Positions 52,473 through 61,793 of a stretch of 63,072 nt of DNA are shown here, in pieces. The notes under the pieces are model-generated. The model saw nothing but the letters and a program-made list of their open reading frames with translations, did not search any database and was not told where the DNA came from. Source of the DNA: Candidatus Dormiibacterota bacterium (lineage in GTDB: Bacteria > Eisenbacteria > RBG-16-71-46 > SZUA-252); contig DASQAV010000008.1 in NCBI GenBank assembly GCA_035635575.1, positions 1-63,072 on the forward strand. Direction: 5' to 3'. A program made the position numbers and the translations under genes. The number at the start of each line of letters is the position of its first letter. Positions within the stretch are counted from its first letter, which is position 1.

Positions 52473-55421
52473 CTAGAGCCTGAGATCGTTCCGGTACACG
52501 CGGATGGTCGCGCGGGAGCGGAGCCGGTCCGTCCATGCCGCGGTCTGTCTCTCGAAGAGCTCCTCGCGGAGCTCATTCTTGTGCTCCGCATACTCCTTGG
52601 GGCCGAGTGCTGAGACGGAATCCACGACCGCGTAGAGCGTGCCCATGGCTCCCGCCCGCGGACGGAGCACGTGACCCGGGCGCCCGGAGAAGATCTCCGC
52701 GTAGAACGACGAATCGCGCGCGAGCACCGAATCGCGCGCCAGCTCCGGGACCGGACCCGTGCGCGGGAAGGACCGCGAGAGGCGAAGTCCCCCGAGCGGA
52801 ATCGCGAGCGTCTCGAGGTCCTTTCCCCGCTCGAGATCGCGCCGCAGCGCGGCGCCGATGGAATCCACGAGCGCCCGGCGCTGCACCAGCTCCATGTCCT
52901 GGATGGCCTGGTCCTTCACCGCGCCGAACTCGGCCTCACGGGGCGGGACCGCGCGCGTGAGCCGGGCCACGAGGTATCCCCGCTCGACCTGGATGGGGCG
53001 CGACACGCCTCCCGGAGCGAGCGAGCCGATACGCTCCTCCACCTCCGGGACGGGCCCGACGCCGGGCGAGGGCTCTCCTTGCGCCACCGGGGGCGACGCG
53101 ATCATTCCGCCGTGCTCCTTGGCCAGCTCCTCGAAGCGGGCCCCCGGCGCCTCGGCCCGGCGCGCGAACGACCCGGCCGCCTCGGAAGCGAGCGTATCCA
53201 CGAGGCTCTCCCCCAGGACGCCGCGGATCTCGGCGCGCGAATCGTCCAGCGTCCGGAGCCGCTGCGGCTCCTGATGGTCCATGCGGATCACGTGGAACCC
53301 GAACTGCGTCTCCACCACGGGGCTCAGCTCTCCGTCCTGGAGCGCGAAGGCTGCATCCCCGAATTCCTTCACGACCTGCCCGCGCGTGATCTCGCCCAGA
53401 TCCCCGCCCTTCGCGGCAGAGGTGCGATCGGTCGAATTCTCCTTCGCCAGCGACTCGAAATCCTCCCCGGCCTTGGCGCGGCGGAGCACCTCGAGGGCTT
53501 GGGCCCGGGCCGCGCTCCGGGCTCCCGCGCTCTCGCCGGGACGGAATCCGATGAGGACGTGGTGAACGCGAGCGCGCGCCGGCACCGTGAATTCGATCTT
53601 GTGGGTCTCGTAGTACGCACGGATCGAGTCCTCCGGAACCGGCGCCGAGTCCGCCTTCATCTTCGCGAAGAGAACGTAATCGAAGGCCCAGCGCCGGGGC
53701 GTCTGATACCGGTCACGGTGCGATTCGAACCAGCTCCGCGCGGCGCGCTCGGTTTCCGCCCGGCGTTTCAGCTCGATCTCGGAGCGGGCCTGCGGGCGCA
53801 CCGCTTCGTAGGGCGGCTGGTAGCGGTCGTTCCGCTCCACCACGCGCGCCACGAAGACCGAGTCCCGGAGCACGCGCGGTCCGACCACGCTGCCGGGCGA
53901 CATCGTGTAGAGCGAGTCGAGAAGGGAGCCCTCGAGCAGGAGGGCCCGCTCCGGAGGCTGTCCCCGGTAGATGGAGACGGGATCGAGCGTGGCGTCGAAG
54001 CGCCGCGCCACCTCTTCCGCAGCCTCTCCGCGCCGGAGGCGGAACGCGGCATCCCCCAGGGTGCGGAACGCCAGGTCCAGCTGGCGCTCCTTCCGCACCA
54101 AATCCGGTAATGATTTCAGCATGGAGTCCGCCCAGACGTGAGCCGTGTCCGGCATGCCGGAGCTCTTGCGGATGCGCTCGAGAGCGCGCGACAGGTCGCG
54201 GTCGGATACGGGACGGGAATCGGTGAAGGAATCGGTGGCGCGCGCCAGAACCACGGCGCGCAGGAGCGGAACGCGGTAACGCTCGGGACGGGCCGCGAAA
54301 TCGATTCGAGCGAGCGAGTCGGTCTCCGCCGACCGGACTTCCGTATCCGCGTGGCGCTTGACCTGACCCACCACCTCGCGGAAGGGGCGCGCCTTGGGCT
54401 CCCGATGCTCCTCGAGGCGGGCGATGATGTAGAAGGTTCCGAACTTGAGCGGATCCGGGAGCCACTGCTTCGGACGGGCGTTCTTCAGCGCCTCGACCAG
54501 GGCGTCGGAGCGTCCCAGCCCCCGCACCGGATCCCCCACCCGGAAGATCCCCGTATCGTGTACTCCGCCGTATTCCTTGGCCACCGTCTCCGCGGATCGG
54601 CCCGCCCTGAGCGCCGCAAGCAGCGCCCTCGCGGCCAGCTGCGTCTGCGCCTCCACCGCGGCCCGGAGCGAGTCCGATGCCCGGCCAGCCGGCTCGATGG
54701 GAACGCGGAGGTACGTGAGCCGCGCCTCTTCGGGAGACTGGAACTCCTCGGCGTGACGGTCGTAGTAGGCGCGGATCTCCTCCGCGGTCGCCTCGCGCTC
54801 CAGCGGCGCGAGATCCGTAGTGAGCCAGAGATAGCGGATGGACGCTTGGGCCGTTCGGCTCTGAAATTCCTTTCGGAGCTCGGACTCGGGAATCGCGTAG
54901 CGCGTCCGCATCCACGCCACGTACTTGTCCAGGAGCACGGCGTTTCTCACCTGCTCCGCGATCACGCGGTAATTGGACTCGGGGGAATACTTGAACTGCC
55001 GGAACTTCTCCGGATCCACCTTCCCCGCCGTCTTGAAGTAGTCGTTCTTCTGGAGGCGCGCGTCCAGCTCCGCCTCGGTCGCGGTGAATCCGCGGCGCTT
55101 CGCGTCCGCGACCCAGAGCCGCTCGCGCACGAGCTCTTCGAAGACATTCTTCCGGAGGAGCGTCTTCTCATCTCCCGTGAGCGCGCGGCCCGCGCGCGCC
55201 TCGACCTCTCGGAAGTACGGGTCCGCCAGCCGGTCCCACTGGAGCTTCTGGATGGGGATCCCGTCCACGACCGCGATGGTGACGGTGTCGGCCCGCTGGA
55301 TCGCGACGGGAGGGGCCGGAGCGGGAGCCGCGGTCACGGGCAATACCCAGAGAAGTCCCAGGAAGAGCGGAAGGACCGGGATTCGCGCGCGAAAAGGAAG
55401 AGGGTGTTTCACGGGATTCAC
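52473..55421 (-). CDS. large periplasmic PpiD/SurA-like chaperone with parvulin PPIase domain
   Basis: GTG 55421 (or 55412), signal/anchor IPVLPLFLGLLWVLPVTAAPA, SurA-N-like regions, parvulin ARVHHVLIGF...GGDLGEITRGQVVKEFGDAAFAL...FGFHVIRMD. The track ORF N-terminal 154 codons are antisense read-through into the mgtE region. Confidence 0.8.
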   Translation of the reverse strand: MNPVKHPLPFRARIPVLPLFLGLLWVLPVTAAPAPAPPVAIQRADTVTIAVVDGIPIQKLQWDRLADPYFREVEARAGRALTGDEKTLLRKNVFEELVRERLWVADAKRRGFTATEAELDARLQKNDYFKTAGKVDPEKFRQFKYSPESNYRVIAEQVRNAVLLDKYVAWMRTRYAIPESELRKEFQSRTAQASIRYLWLTTDLAPLEREATAEEIRAYYDRHAEEFQSPEEARLTYLRVPIEPAGRASDSLRAAVEAQTQLAARALLAALRAGRSAETVAKEYGGVHDTGIFRVGDPVRGLGRSDALVEALKNARPKQWLPDPLKFGTFYIIARLEEHREPKARPFREVVGQVKRHADTEVRSAETDSLARIDFAARPERYRVPLLRAVVLARATDSFTDSRPVSDRDLSRALERIRKSSGMPDTAHVWADSMLKSLPDLVRKERQLDLAFRTLGDAAFRLRRGEAAEEVARRFDATLDPVSIYRGQPPERALLLEGSLLDSLYTMSPGSVVGPRVLRDSVFVARVVERNDRYQPPYEAVRPQARSEIELKRRAETERAARSWFESHRDRYQTPRRWAFDYVLFAKMKADSAPVPEDSIRAYYETHKIEFTVPARARVHHVLIGFRPGESAGARSAARAQALEVLRRAKAGEDFESLAKENSTDRTSAAKGGDLGEITRGQVVKEFGDAAFALQDGELSPVVETQFGFHVIRMDHQEPQRLRTLDDSRAEIRGVLGESLVDTLASEAAGSFARRAEAPGARFEELAKEHGGMIASPPVAQGEPSPGVGPVPEVEERIGSLAPGGVSRPIQVERGYLVARLTRAVPPREAEFGAVKDQAIQDMELVQRRALVDSIGAALRRDLERGKDLETLAIPLGGLRLSRSFPRTGPVPELARDSVLARDSSFYAEIFSGRPGHVLRPRAGAMGTLYAVVDSVSALGPKEYAEHKNELREELFERQTAAWTDRLRSRATIRVYRNDLRL

Positions 55422-55492
55422 GAGTTTATTCAGGAGCTCAGGACCTGTCCATCCCAAATACAGCCGAACGCCCGCTTTTCTCCAGGGGAAGG

Positions 55493-55522
55493 TTGATGGC
55501 GGGGGAACCGATCCACTACGAT
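55493..55522 (+). promoter_or_regulatory. candidate mgtE promoter TTGATG-18 nt-TACGAT
   Basis: -35 at 55493-55498 and -10 at 55517-55522, 53 nt upstream of the mgtE ATG. Confidence 0.3.
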
Positions 55523-55575
55523 GACCCCTCACGCTGCCCGCGAGGCAGCGATCCGAACGTACGAGGGGGGGTTCC

Positions 55576-56910
55576 ATGCCACCCGATCTCGAATCCAATG
55601 TCGCCGAGCGGCTTTCCCCGGAAGATCTCCTGGAGGCGTGGCACCTTCTCGTCCCGGAAGATCGCCTGGAGAGTTTCCGGGCGCTGTCCCGGCCGGAAGC
55701 GGAAGATCTCTTTCTCAGCCTGAGCGCGCCCGACCAGGCCGAGCTCCTGCGCGCGCTGCCCCAACCGGAGCGCCGCTCCTGGATGCGTCTTCTCGCACCC
55801 GACGATTGCGCGGACCTGGTCCAGGTGATCCCGCACGAAGATCGTGAGGAGCTCCTCTCCCTGCTGGACGACACCACGCGCAAGGAAGTGAACGGCCTCC
55901 TGGCCTACGCCGAGGACGACGCGGGAGGTCTGATGAATCCGCGATTCGTCCGGGTCCGCCCCGAGATGACCGCCGACGAGGCGATCACGTACCTCCGCCG
56001 GCAGGCCCCGGACCGGGCGGGCGCCATGCACTACGCCTACGTGCTGGATCCGGAACAGAGACTCCGCGGCGTCGTGTCCTTCCGCAAGCTTCTCGCGGCG
56101 AAGCCCGATCAGCGTGTGTCCGAGGTCATGCAGACCGATCTCATCAAGGTCCCGGAGAAGATGGACCAGGAAGACGTGAGCCGTCTCTTCGCCACGTACC
56201 GCCTCATGGCGTTCCCGGTCGTCGACGGGAACGGGCACATGAAGGGGATCGTGACCCTGGACGACATCGTCGACGTCGTCCGCGAGGAGGCCACGGAGGA
56301 CATCCAGAAGATCGGAGGTACCGCGCCGATGGACGCGCCCTATCTCCGGATCAGCATCGTGGACATGATCAAGAAGCGCGGCGGCTGGCTGGCCGCGCTC
56401 TTCATCGGCGAGACCCTGACCGCGACCGCGATGGGCTACTTCGAGGCGGAGATCGCACGCGCCGTGGTGCTCGCGCTCTTCGTGCCGCTGGTCATCTCCA
56501 GCGGGGGGAATTCCGGAAGCCAGGCCACCACGCTCGTGATCCGGGCGATGGCGCTGGGTGAAGTGCGGCTGCGCGACTGGTGGCGGGTGGTCCGGCGCGA
56601 GGTCATCTCCGGGCTGGGGCTCGGGGGCATCCTCGCCGTCATCGGGATGGGACGCATTCTTCTCTGGCAAGCCCTCTTCCATACCTACGGCCGGCACTAC
56701 CTCCTGGTGGCGCTCACGGTGGCGGCGAGTCTGGTGGGTGTGGTGCTCTGGGGAACGGTCGTGGGCTCGATGCTGCCGTTCCTCCTTCGCCGGCTGGGAT
56801 TCGATCCCGCCAGCTCCTCCGCGCCCTTCGTCGCGACGCTCGTCGACGTGACGGGGCTCATCATCTACTTCACGACCGCGAGACTGATTCTTTCGGGGAC
56901 CCTGCTCTAG
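55576..56910 (+). CDS. mgtE: magnesium transporter MgtE
   Basis: MgtE N-domain, CBS pair, TM domain with PLVISSGGNSGSQATTLVIRA and VATLVDVTGLIIYF. Confidence 0.95.
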   Translation: MPPDLESNVAERLSPEDLLEAWHLLVPEDRLESFRALSRPEAEDLFLSLSAPDQAELLRALPQPERRSWMRLLAPDDCADLVQVIPHEDREELLSLLDDTTRKEVNGLLAYAEDDAGGLMNPRFVRVRPEMTADEAITYLRRQAPDRAGAMHYAYVLDPEQRLRGVVSFRKLLAAKPDQRVSEVMQTDLIKVPEKMDQEDVSRLFATYRLMAFPVVDGNGHMKGIVTLDDIVDVVREEATEDIQKIGGTAPMDAPYLRISIVDMIKKRGGWLAALFIGETLTATAMGYFEAEIARAVVLALFVPLVISSGGNSGSQATTLVIRAMALGEVRLRDWWRVVRREVISGLGLGGILAVIGMGRILLWQALFHTYGRHYLLVALTVAASLVGVVLWGTVVGSMLPFLLRRLGFDPASSSAPFVATLVDVTGLIIYFTTARLILSGTLL

Positions 56911-57920
56911 GGAGCGGCGTGCAGCGGCTCGCCCGCCTGCTCCTCGGCGTGGTAGGAGCTCCGCACCAAGGGCCCCGACGCCACCTGCCGGAATCCCAGC
57001 TTCAGGCCGTACTCACGATAGTGCGCGAATTCCTCGGGCGGCGCGTACCGCTCGAGCGGCAGATGGGATCCCGAGGGGGGCAGGTACTGTCCCAGCGTCA
57101 CCATGGAGCAGCCGTGGTCCCTCAGGTCGCCCAGGAGCTCCTCCACCTCCTCCACCGTCTCCCCCACCCCCAGCATGATTCCCGACTTCGCCGGAATGCC
57201 GGGAGCGATCTCGGTGACGCGGCGCAGCAGCGTCAGCGAGCGCGCGTACCGCCCCGCGGGGCGCACGCGGGGATAGAGGCGCTTCACCGTCTCCATGTTG
57301 TGGTTTAGTACGTCGGGCCGCGCCGCCAGGACGCATTCCAGCGCCTCGCGGTTCCCCAGGAAGTCCGGAATGAGCACCTCGACGCGCGCGGTGGGGATCT
57401 CGGAGCGGATGGACCGGATCACGCCGGCGAACTGGAACGCGCCCCCGTCCGGGAGCTCGTCGCGGTTCACGGAGGTCACCACCACGTATCGAAGGCCCAG
57501 CTTGCGCGCCGCCTGCGCCACGCGCATGGGCTCCTCGAGGTCGACCGGAAGGGGCTTCCCGTTCCGGATGTCGCAAAAGGGACAGGACCGCGTGCACACA
57601 TTGCCCAGGATGAGGAAGGTGGCGGTGTGGCGCGAGAAGCAGTCTCCGATGTTGGGGCAGTTGGCGCTCTCGCACACGGTGTGGAGATCCAGCGTGCGTA
57701 GGATCGCCTTCGTCTCGAGGTAGGCCTTGCCCGAGGGAATCCGGGCCTTGAGCCAGTCGGGGCGCCGTGGCGGCGCCGGCGCTTCGCTCAGGCGCTGATA
57801 GGCGCGCAGCGGCTTCCGCTTCTCCCCGGCGTGGATCCTCCGGTCGGAAGGAAGCGAGAGGGAGATCGGCACTCCCCCAAGAGGCGCCTGCGCCCCCTCA
57901 GAAGTGGATCGCTCGTCCAT
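56907..57920 (-). CDS. lipA: lipoyl synthase
   Basis: CESANCPNIGDC auxiliary cluster and CTRSCPFC radical-SAM cluster. The start overlaps the lpdA end by 23 nt. Confidence 0.93.
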   Translation of the reverse strand: MDERSTSEGAQAPLGGVPISLSLPSDRRIHAGEKRKPLRAYQRLSEAPAPPRRPDWLKARIPSGKAYLETKAILRTLDLHTVCESANCPNIGDCFSRHTATFLILGNVCTRSCPFCDIRNGKPLPVDLEEPMRVAQAARKLGLRYVVVTSVNRDELPDGGAFQFAGVIRSIRSEIPTARVEVLIPDFLGNREALECVLAARPDVLNHNMETVKRLYPRVRPAGRYARSLTLLRRVTEIAPGIPAKSGIMLGVGETVEEVEELLGDLRDHGCSMVTLGQYLPPSGSHLPLERYAPPEEFAHYREYGLKLGFRQVASGPLVRSSYHAEEQAGEPLHAAP

Positions 57921-59295
57921 CGGTCGCCAGCATCGCTTCCATCGTGGCTTCGGCCAGGGTCGGATGCGCGTGCACCACGTCCGCCAGCTCGAGCGCGGTC
58001 GCCTCGAAGTGGCGCGCGACCACCGATTCCGCGATCTGCTCGGTGGCCTGGACGCCGATGATGTGCACGCCCAGGAGCTCGCCGCTCGAGGCGTCGGAGA
58101 CGGCCTTCACGAATCCGTCCCCTTCTCCCAGGATGCCCGCCTTGGCGTTGGCGATGAAGGGGAACTTGCCCGTCTTCACCGCGCGTCCCGACGCGCGGGC
58201 CTGCGCCTCGGTCATTCCCATGCTCGCGATCTGCGGATGGCAATAGGTGCAGCTGGGGATCGCCTGGTAGTTGACGGGATGCGGATGCTTCCCGGCGATC
58301 TTCTCCACGGCAACCACGCCCTCGTGCGAGGCCACGTGCGCCAGCGCGGGGCCGGGCACGATGTCCCCGATGGCGTAGATGCCGGGCACGTTCGTCTCCA
58401 TCATCTCGTTCACTCGGACGAACCCGCGCTCCACCTGGATTCCCAGGGACTCCAGGCCGATGTTCTCGGTGTTGGGCTTCCTTCCCGCGGCCATGAGGAC
58501 GCGCTCGGTGTGATAGCGCTCCACCTTCCCCTGGATTTCGACCTCGGTCCAGGCCTGGTCCCCTTCGGCGCGCACGCTCTTGATCGAGGCGCCCACGAAG
58601 ACCTCCATGCCCTGGCGCGTGAAGGAGCGCAAGAGCGCGTCCGAGATCTCCTGATCCTCGATCGGAACCAGACGCGGCTCCCTCTCGACCAGGATCACCT
58701 TCGACCCAAACGAGTGGTAGATGGAAGCGAACTCCACCCCCACGGCCCCGGCGCCGATGACGAGAAGCGATTCCGGAATGCGGTCGAGGTTCAGGATGTC
58801 GTCGCTCGAGAGGATGATCTTTCCGTCCACGGGCGCCATGGGGAGCGCGCCCACCCGGGAGCCGGTCGCGATCACGACCGCGTTCGCCGAGACCTCGCTC
58901 TTCGCACCGCCGGCGTCGGTCACCTCGATCCGATCCTTGGCCTTGAGCCGGCCCTCTCCCTTGATCGTGACCACCTTGTTCTTCTTGAGGAGCGACTCCG
59001 TGCCCATGAGGTTCTTCTTCACGACGCGGTCCTTCCGGTCCATCGCGGCCTTCAGATCCAGCGAGGCCTCGGAAAGGCGCACACCAAACTCGCCGGCGCG
59101 GCGCGCGAGCAGCAGCACCTCCGCCGTCTCGAGGAGCGCCTTCGTGGGGATGCAGCCGCGATGAAGACAGGTTCCGCCCACCCGGTCCTTCTCGATGACC
59201 ACGGTCTTGAGACCCAGCTGTCCCGCGCGGATCGCGGCCACGTAGCCGCCGGGCCCTCCGCCGAGAATGGCGACGTCGTATCGCTCGCCGGTCAT
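57898..59295 (-). CDS. lpdA: dihydrolipoyl dehydrogenase
   Basis: ILGGGPGGYVAAIRA FAD site, redox disulfide GGTCLHRGCIPTK, C-terminal HAHPTLAE. Confidence 0.95.
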   Translation of the reverse strand: MTGERYDVAILGGGPGGYVAAIRAGQLGLKTVVIEKDRVGGTCLHRGCIPTKALLETAEVLLLARRAGEFGVRLSEASLDLKAAMDRKDRVVKKNLMGTESLLKKNKVVTIKGEGRLKAKDRIEVTDAGGAKSEVSANAVVIATGSRVGALPMAPVDGKIILSSDDILNLDRIPESLLVIGAGAVGVEFASIYHSFGSKVILVEREPRLVPIEDQEISDALLRSFTRQGMEVFVGASIKSVRAEGDQAWTEVEIQGKVERYHTERVLMAAGRKPNTENIGLESLGIQVERGFVRVNEMMETNVPGIYAIGDIVPGPALAHVASHEGVVAVEKIAGKHPHPVNYQAIPSCTYCHPQIASMGMTEAQARASGRAVKTGKFPFIANAKAGILGEGDGFVKAVSDASSGELLGVHIIGVQATEQIAESVVARHFEATALELADVVHAHPTLAEATMEAMLATDGRAIHF

Positions 59296-59307
59296 CGATC
59301 CCCCGGG

Positions 59308-60075
59308 CTAATTCTTCTTCCCCGCCTCGAGGCGCGCCCGGATGAGCGGCTCGAACAGGTCGATGGGAACCGGGAAGATCGTCGTCGAGTTGTTCTCCGT
59401 CGCTATCTCGGCGAGCGTCTGGAGGTAGCGGAGCTGCATGGCGAGCGGCTGCGTGGCGATGACCGCGGCCGCCTCGGAGAGCTTCTGCGATGCCTGGAGC
59501 TCTCCTTCGGCATTGATGACCTTGGCGCGGCGCTCCCGCTCGGCTTCCGCCTGGCGCGCGATAGCGCGCTGCATCTCTTGCGGCAGGTCTACGTTCTTCA
59601 CTTCCACCGTGCTCACCTTGATCCCCCAGGGCTCCGTGTGCCGGTCGATCACCGCCTGAAGCTCCAGGTTGATCTTCTCGCGCTTGGAGAGGAGCTCGTC
59701 CAGATCCGACTCCCCGAGGGTGCTCCGCAGCGTGGTCTGGGCGATCTGGGACGTGGCGTAGAGGTAGTTCTCCACCTCGAGGACCGCGCGGTTCGCGTCG
59801 AGCACGCGGAAGTAGATCACGGCGTTCACCTTCACGGTCACGTTGTCCTTCGTGATCACGTCCTGGGACGGCACGTCCATTGCCACCGTGCGGAGCTGGA
59901 TCCGGACCATCTTGTCCACGATGGGGATGAGGAAGATGATGCCGGGTCCCTTGGCGCCGATGGCGCGGCCGAGCCGGAACACCACGCCGCGTTCATACTC
60001 ACGCAATACCTTGATGGCGCTGCTGAGAATCAGGAAGATCAGGAAGAGTACGACCGCAGCGGAAATCGAGATCAT
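59308..60075 (-). CDS. SPFH/band-7 stomatin-like protein
   Basis: N-terminal TM, then [16 protein letters not shown]...[18 protein letters not shown]...[17 protein letters not shown]. Confidence 0.92.
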   Translation of the reverse strand: MISISAAVVLFLIFLILSSAIKVLREYERGVVFRLGRAIGAKGPGIIFLIPIVDKMVRIQLRTVAMDVPSQDVITKDNVTVKVNAVIYFRVLDANRAVLEVENYLYATSQIAQTTLRSTLGESDLDELLSKREKINLELQAVIDRHTEPWGIKVSTVEVKNVDLPQEMQRAIARQAEAERERRAKVINAEGELQASQKLSEAAAVIATQPLAMQLRYLQTLAEIATENNSTTIFPVPIDLFEPLIRARLEAGKKN

Positions 60076-60087
60076 CGCCCCACCCCC

Positions 60088-61398
60088 CTATGCTTTCCGG
60101 ACGTGCAGCCGCAAGCCGTCGACGCGGTCGACCGCCACGGGCGCGCCCTTTTCGATTCGCTCGTCCGCTTCCGCCGCCCAGTATGCCCCGTGCACGAACA
60201 CTTTTCCCTCTCGCGTTCCGAGATCCGTCACCGCCACGCCGCGCTCCCCGAGAAGGCCTTCGCGCCCGGTGATGGGCTTTCGCCGAAGTGCCTTGTATCC
60301 CGCGCCGACCACGAACGCGAAGAATAGCACCGTCACCACGGCGACGGTCAGGATCACCGAGAGCGAGATGCGCATCGTACCTCCGTCACCGCTCGTCAGA
60401 ACGAGCGAGCCCAACACGAGGGCCACGATTCCCCCCACGGTGAGCAGTCCATGGCTCTGAACCTTGATGTCCACCAGGAAGAGCAGCATCGCGAAGAGAA
60501 TCAGGAACAGGCCCGTGAGGTTGATGGGCAAGGCCTGGAACGCCAGGAAGGCGAGCAGAATGCAGATGCCGCCCACGATCCCGGGAAGGATGGCGCCGGG
60601 ATTCGAGAGCTCGAACAGGAGCCCGTAGAAGCCGAGGATGAAGAGGATGTACGCGACGTTCGGATCGATGATCCGGCCGAGGAACTTCTGCCGCCAGCTC
60701 GCGCCGGTGGCGTGGCGCTCGGCGTCCTTGGTGTGGAGCGTGCGCGCCAGGCCCGCGATCGTCACCTTCCTGCCGTCGATCTTCTTCAGGAGATCGTCCA
60801 TGTCGCGCGCCAGAAGGTCCACGACGTGCATCTTCACCGCCTCGTCCTCGGGAAGCGATCCTCCCTGGCGCACGGCCTTCTCCGCCCAGTCCGCGTTCCG
60901 GCCGCGCTGCGCGGCGAGGGAGCGGATGTAGCTCACGGCGTCGTTCTGCACCTTGTGGGCCATCGTCGAGTCCATGCCGCCTCCGCCGAGGCTCACGGGC
61001 GTCGCGGCGCCGATCGCGGTGCCCGGCGCCATGGCGGAGATGTGCGCCGCGTAGGCGATGAAGGTGCCCGCCGAGGCGGCGCGGCTTCCAGCGGGCGCGA
61101 CGTATACGACGACGGGAATCTCCGAGACGAGGATCCTTTTCACGATCTCGCGCATGGCGGTGTCGAGCCCGCCCGGAGTGTCGAGCAGGATCACCAGCGC
61201 CTCGCGCTTCTCGCGCTCCGCGCGGCCGATGGCCTGCGTGATCACCTGCGCCGAGATGGGCTGGATCGCGCCGTCCACGGTGACGATGTCGACGACAGGT
61301 TTGCCCTTTGCGGGAAGAAGGGGCTTGGCCCCGGTCAGCATGAGAAGCGCCGCGGCGCATGCAGCAAGGAACCACACGGTGTACCGGGAAGGCTTCAT
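60088..61398 (-). CDS. NfeD-family membrane-bound ClpP-class serine protease (stomatin operon partner)
   Basis: ClpP-like [12 protein letters not shown] and [17 protein letters not shown], central TM bundle, C-terminal OB-fold [26 protein letters not shown]. Confidence 0.9.
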   Translation of the reverse strand: MKPSRYTVWFLAACAAALLMLTGAKPLLPAKGKPVVDIVTVDGAIQPISAQVITQAIGRAEREKREALVILLDTPGGLDTAMREIVKRILVSEIPVVVYVAPAGSRAASAGTFIAYAAHISAMAPGTAIGAATPVSLGGGGMDSTMAHKVQNDAVSYIRSLAAQRGRNADWAEKAVRQGGSLPEDEAVKMHVVDLLARDMDDLLKKIDGRKVTIAGLARTLHTKDAERHATGASWRQKFLGRIIDPNVAYILFILGFYGLLFELSNPGAILPGIVGGICILLAFLAFQALPINLTGLFLILFAMLLFLVDIKVQSHGLLTVGGIVALVLGSLVLTSGDGGTMRISLSVILTVAVVTVLFFAFVVGAGYKALRRKPITGREGLLGERGVAVTDLGTREGKVFVHGAYWAAEADERIEKGAPVAVDRVDGLRLHVRKA

Positions 61399-61793
61399 CG
61401 TTCGCTCTGGCGAGACCGTCCCTTGAGCCCCGGCGTCTCCTCGGTGCGTCGAATGCGGTTCTTCTCGTCCACGAACACGACGGTGGGCGCGTGCCGCAAC
61501 AGCTCCTCGCGCTCCATCACGGCGTAGGTGAGGATGATCACCGTGTCGCCGACGTGGGCCAGGCGCGCCGCAGGGCCGTTGAGACAGACCACCCCCGAGG
61601 CGCGGGGACCCCGGATGGCGTACGTGTCGAAGCGCTCGCCGTTGTTCACGTTCAGGATCTGCACCTGCTCGTGCGGCAGGATGTCCGCGGCATCCATCAG
61701 ATCCGCGTCGATCGTGATCGAGCCCTCGTAGTTCAGGTCGGCCTCGGTGACGGTCGCGCGGTGGATCTTGGATTTGAAGACGGTCAGGCGCAT
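61395..61793 (-). CDS. panD: aspartate 1-decarboxylase proenzyme
   Basis: [29 protein letters not shown] with the Gly-Ser self-processing site. ATG 61793. The track ORF start at 61856 adds 21 Arg/Gly-rich residues. Confidence 0.93.
   Translation of the reverse strand: MRLTVFKSKIHRATVTEADLNYEGSITIDADLMDAADILPHEQVQILNVNNGERFDTYAIRGPRASGVVCLNGPAARLAHVGDTVIILTYAVMEREELLRHAPTVVFVDEKNRIRRTEETPGLKGRSRQSER

Noticed and set aside
55422-55575. Possible M-box (ykoK) riboswitch upstream of mgtE.
   Set aside because: The gap is only 154 nt and is shared with a divergent gene. I could not find the conserved M-box sequence blocks. Only a simple anti-SD pairing is visible, and that is reported separately at low interest.
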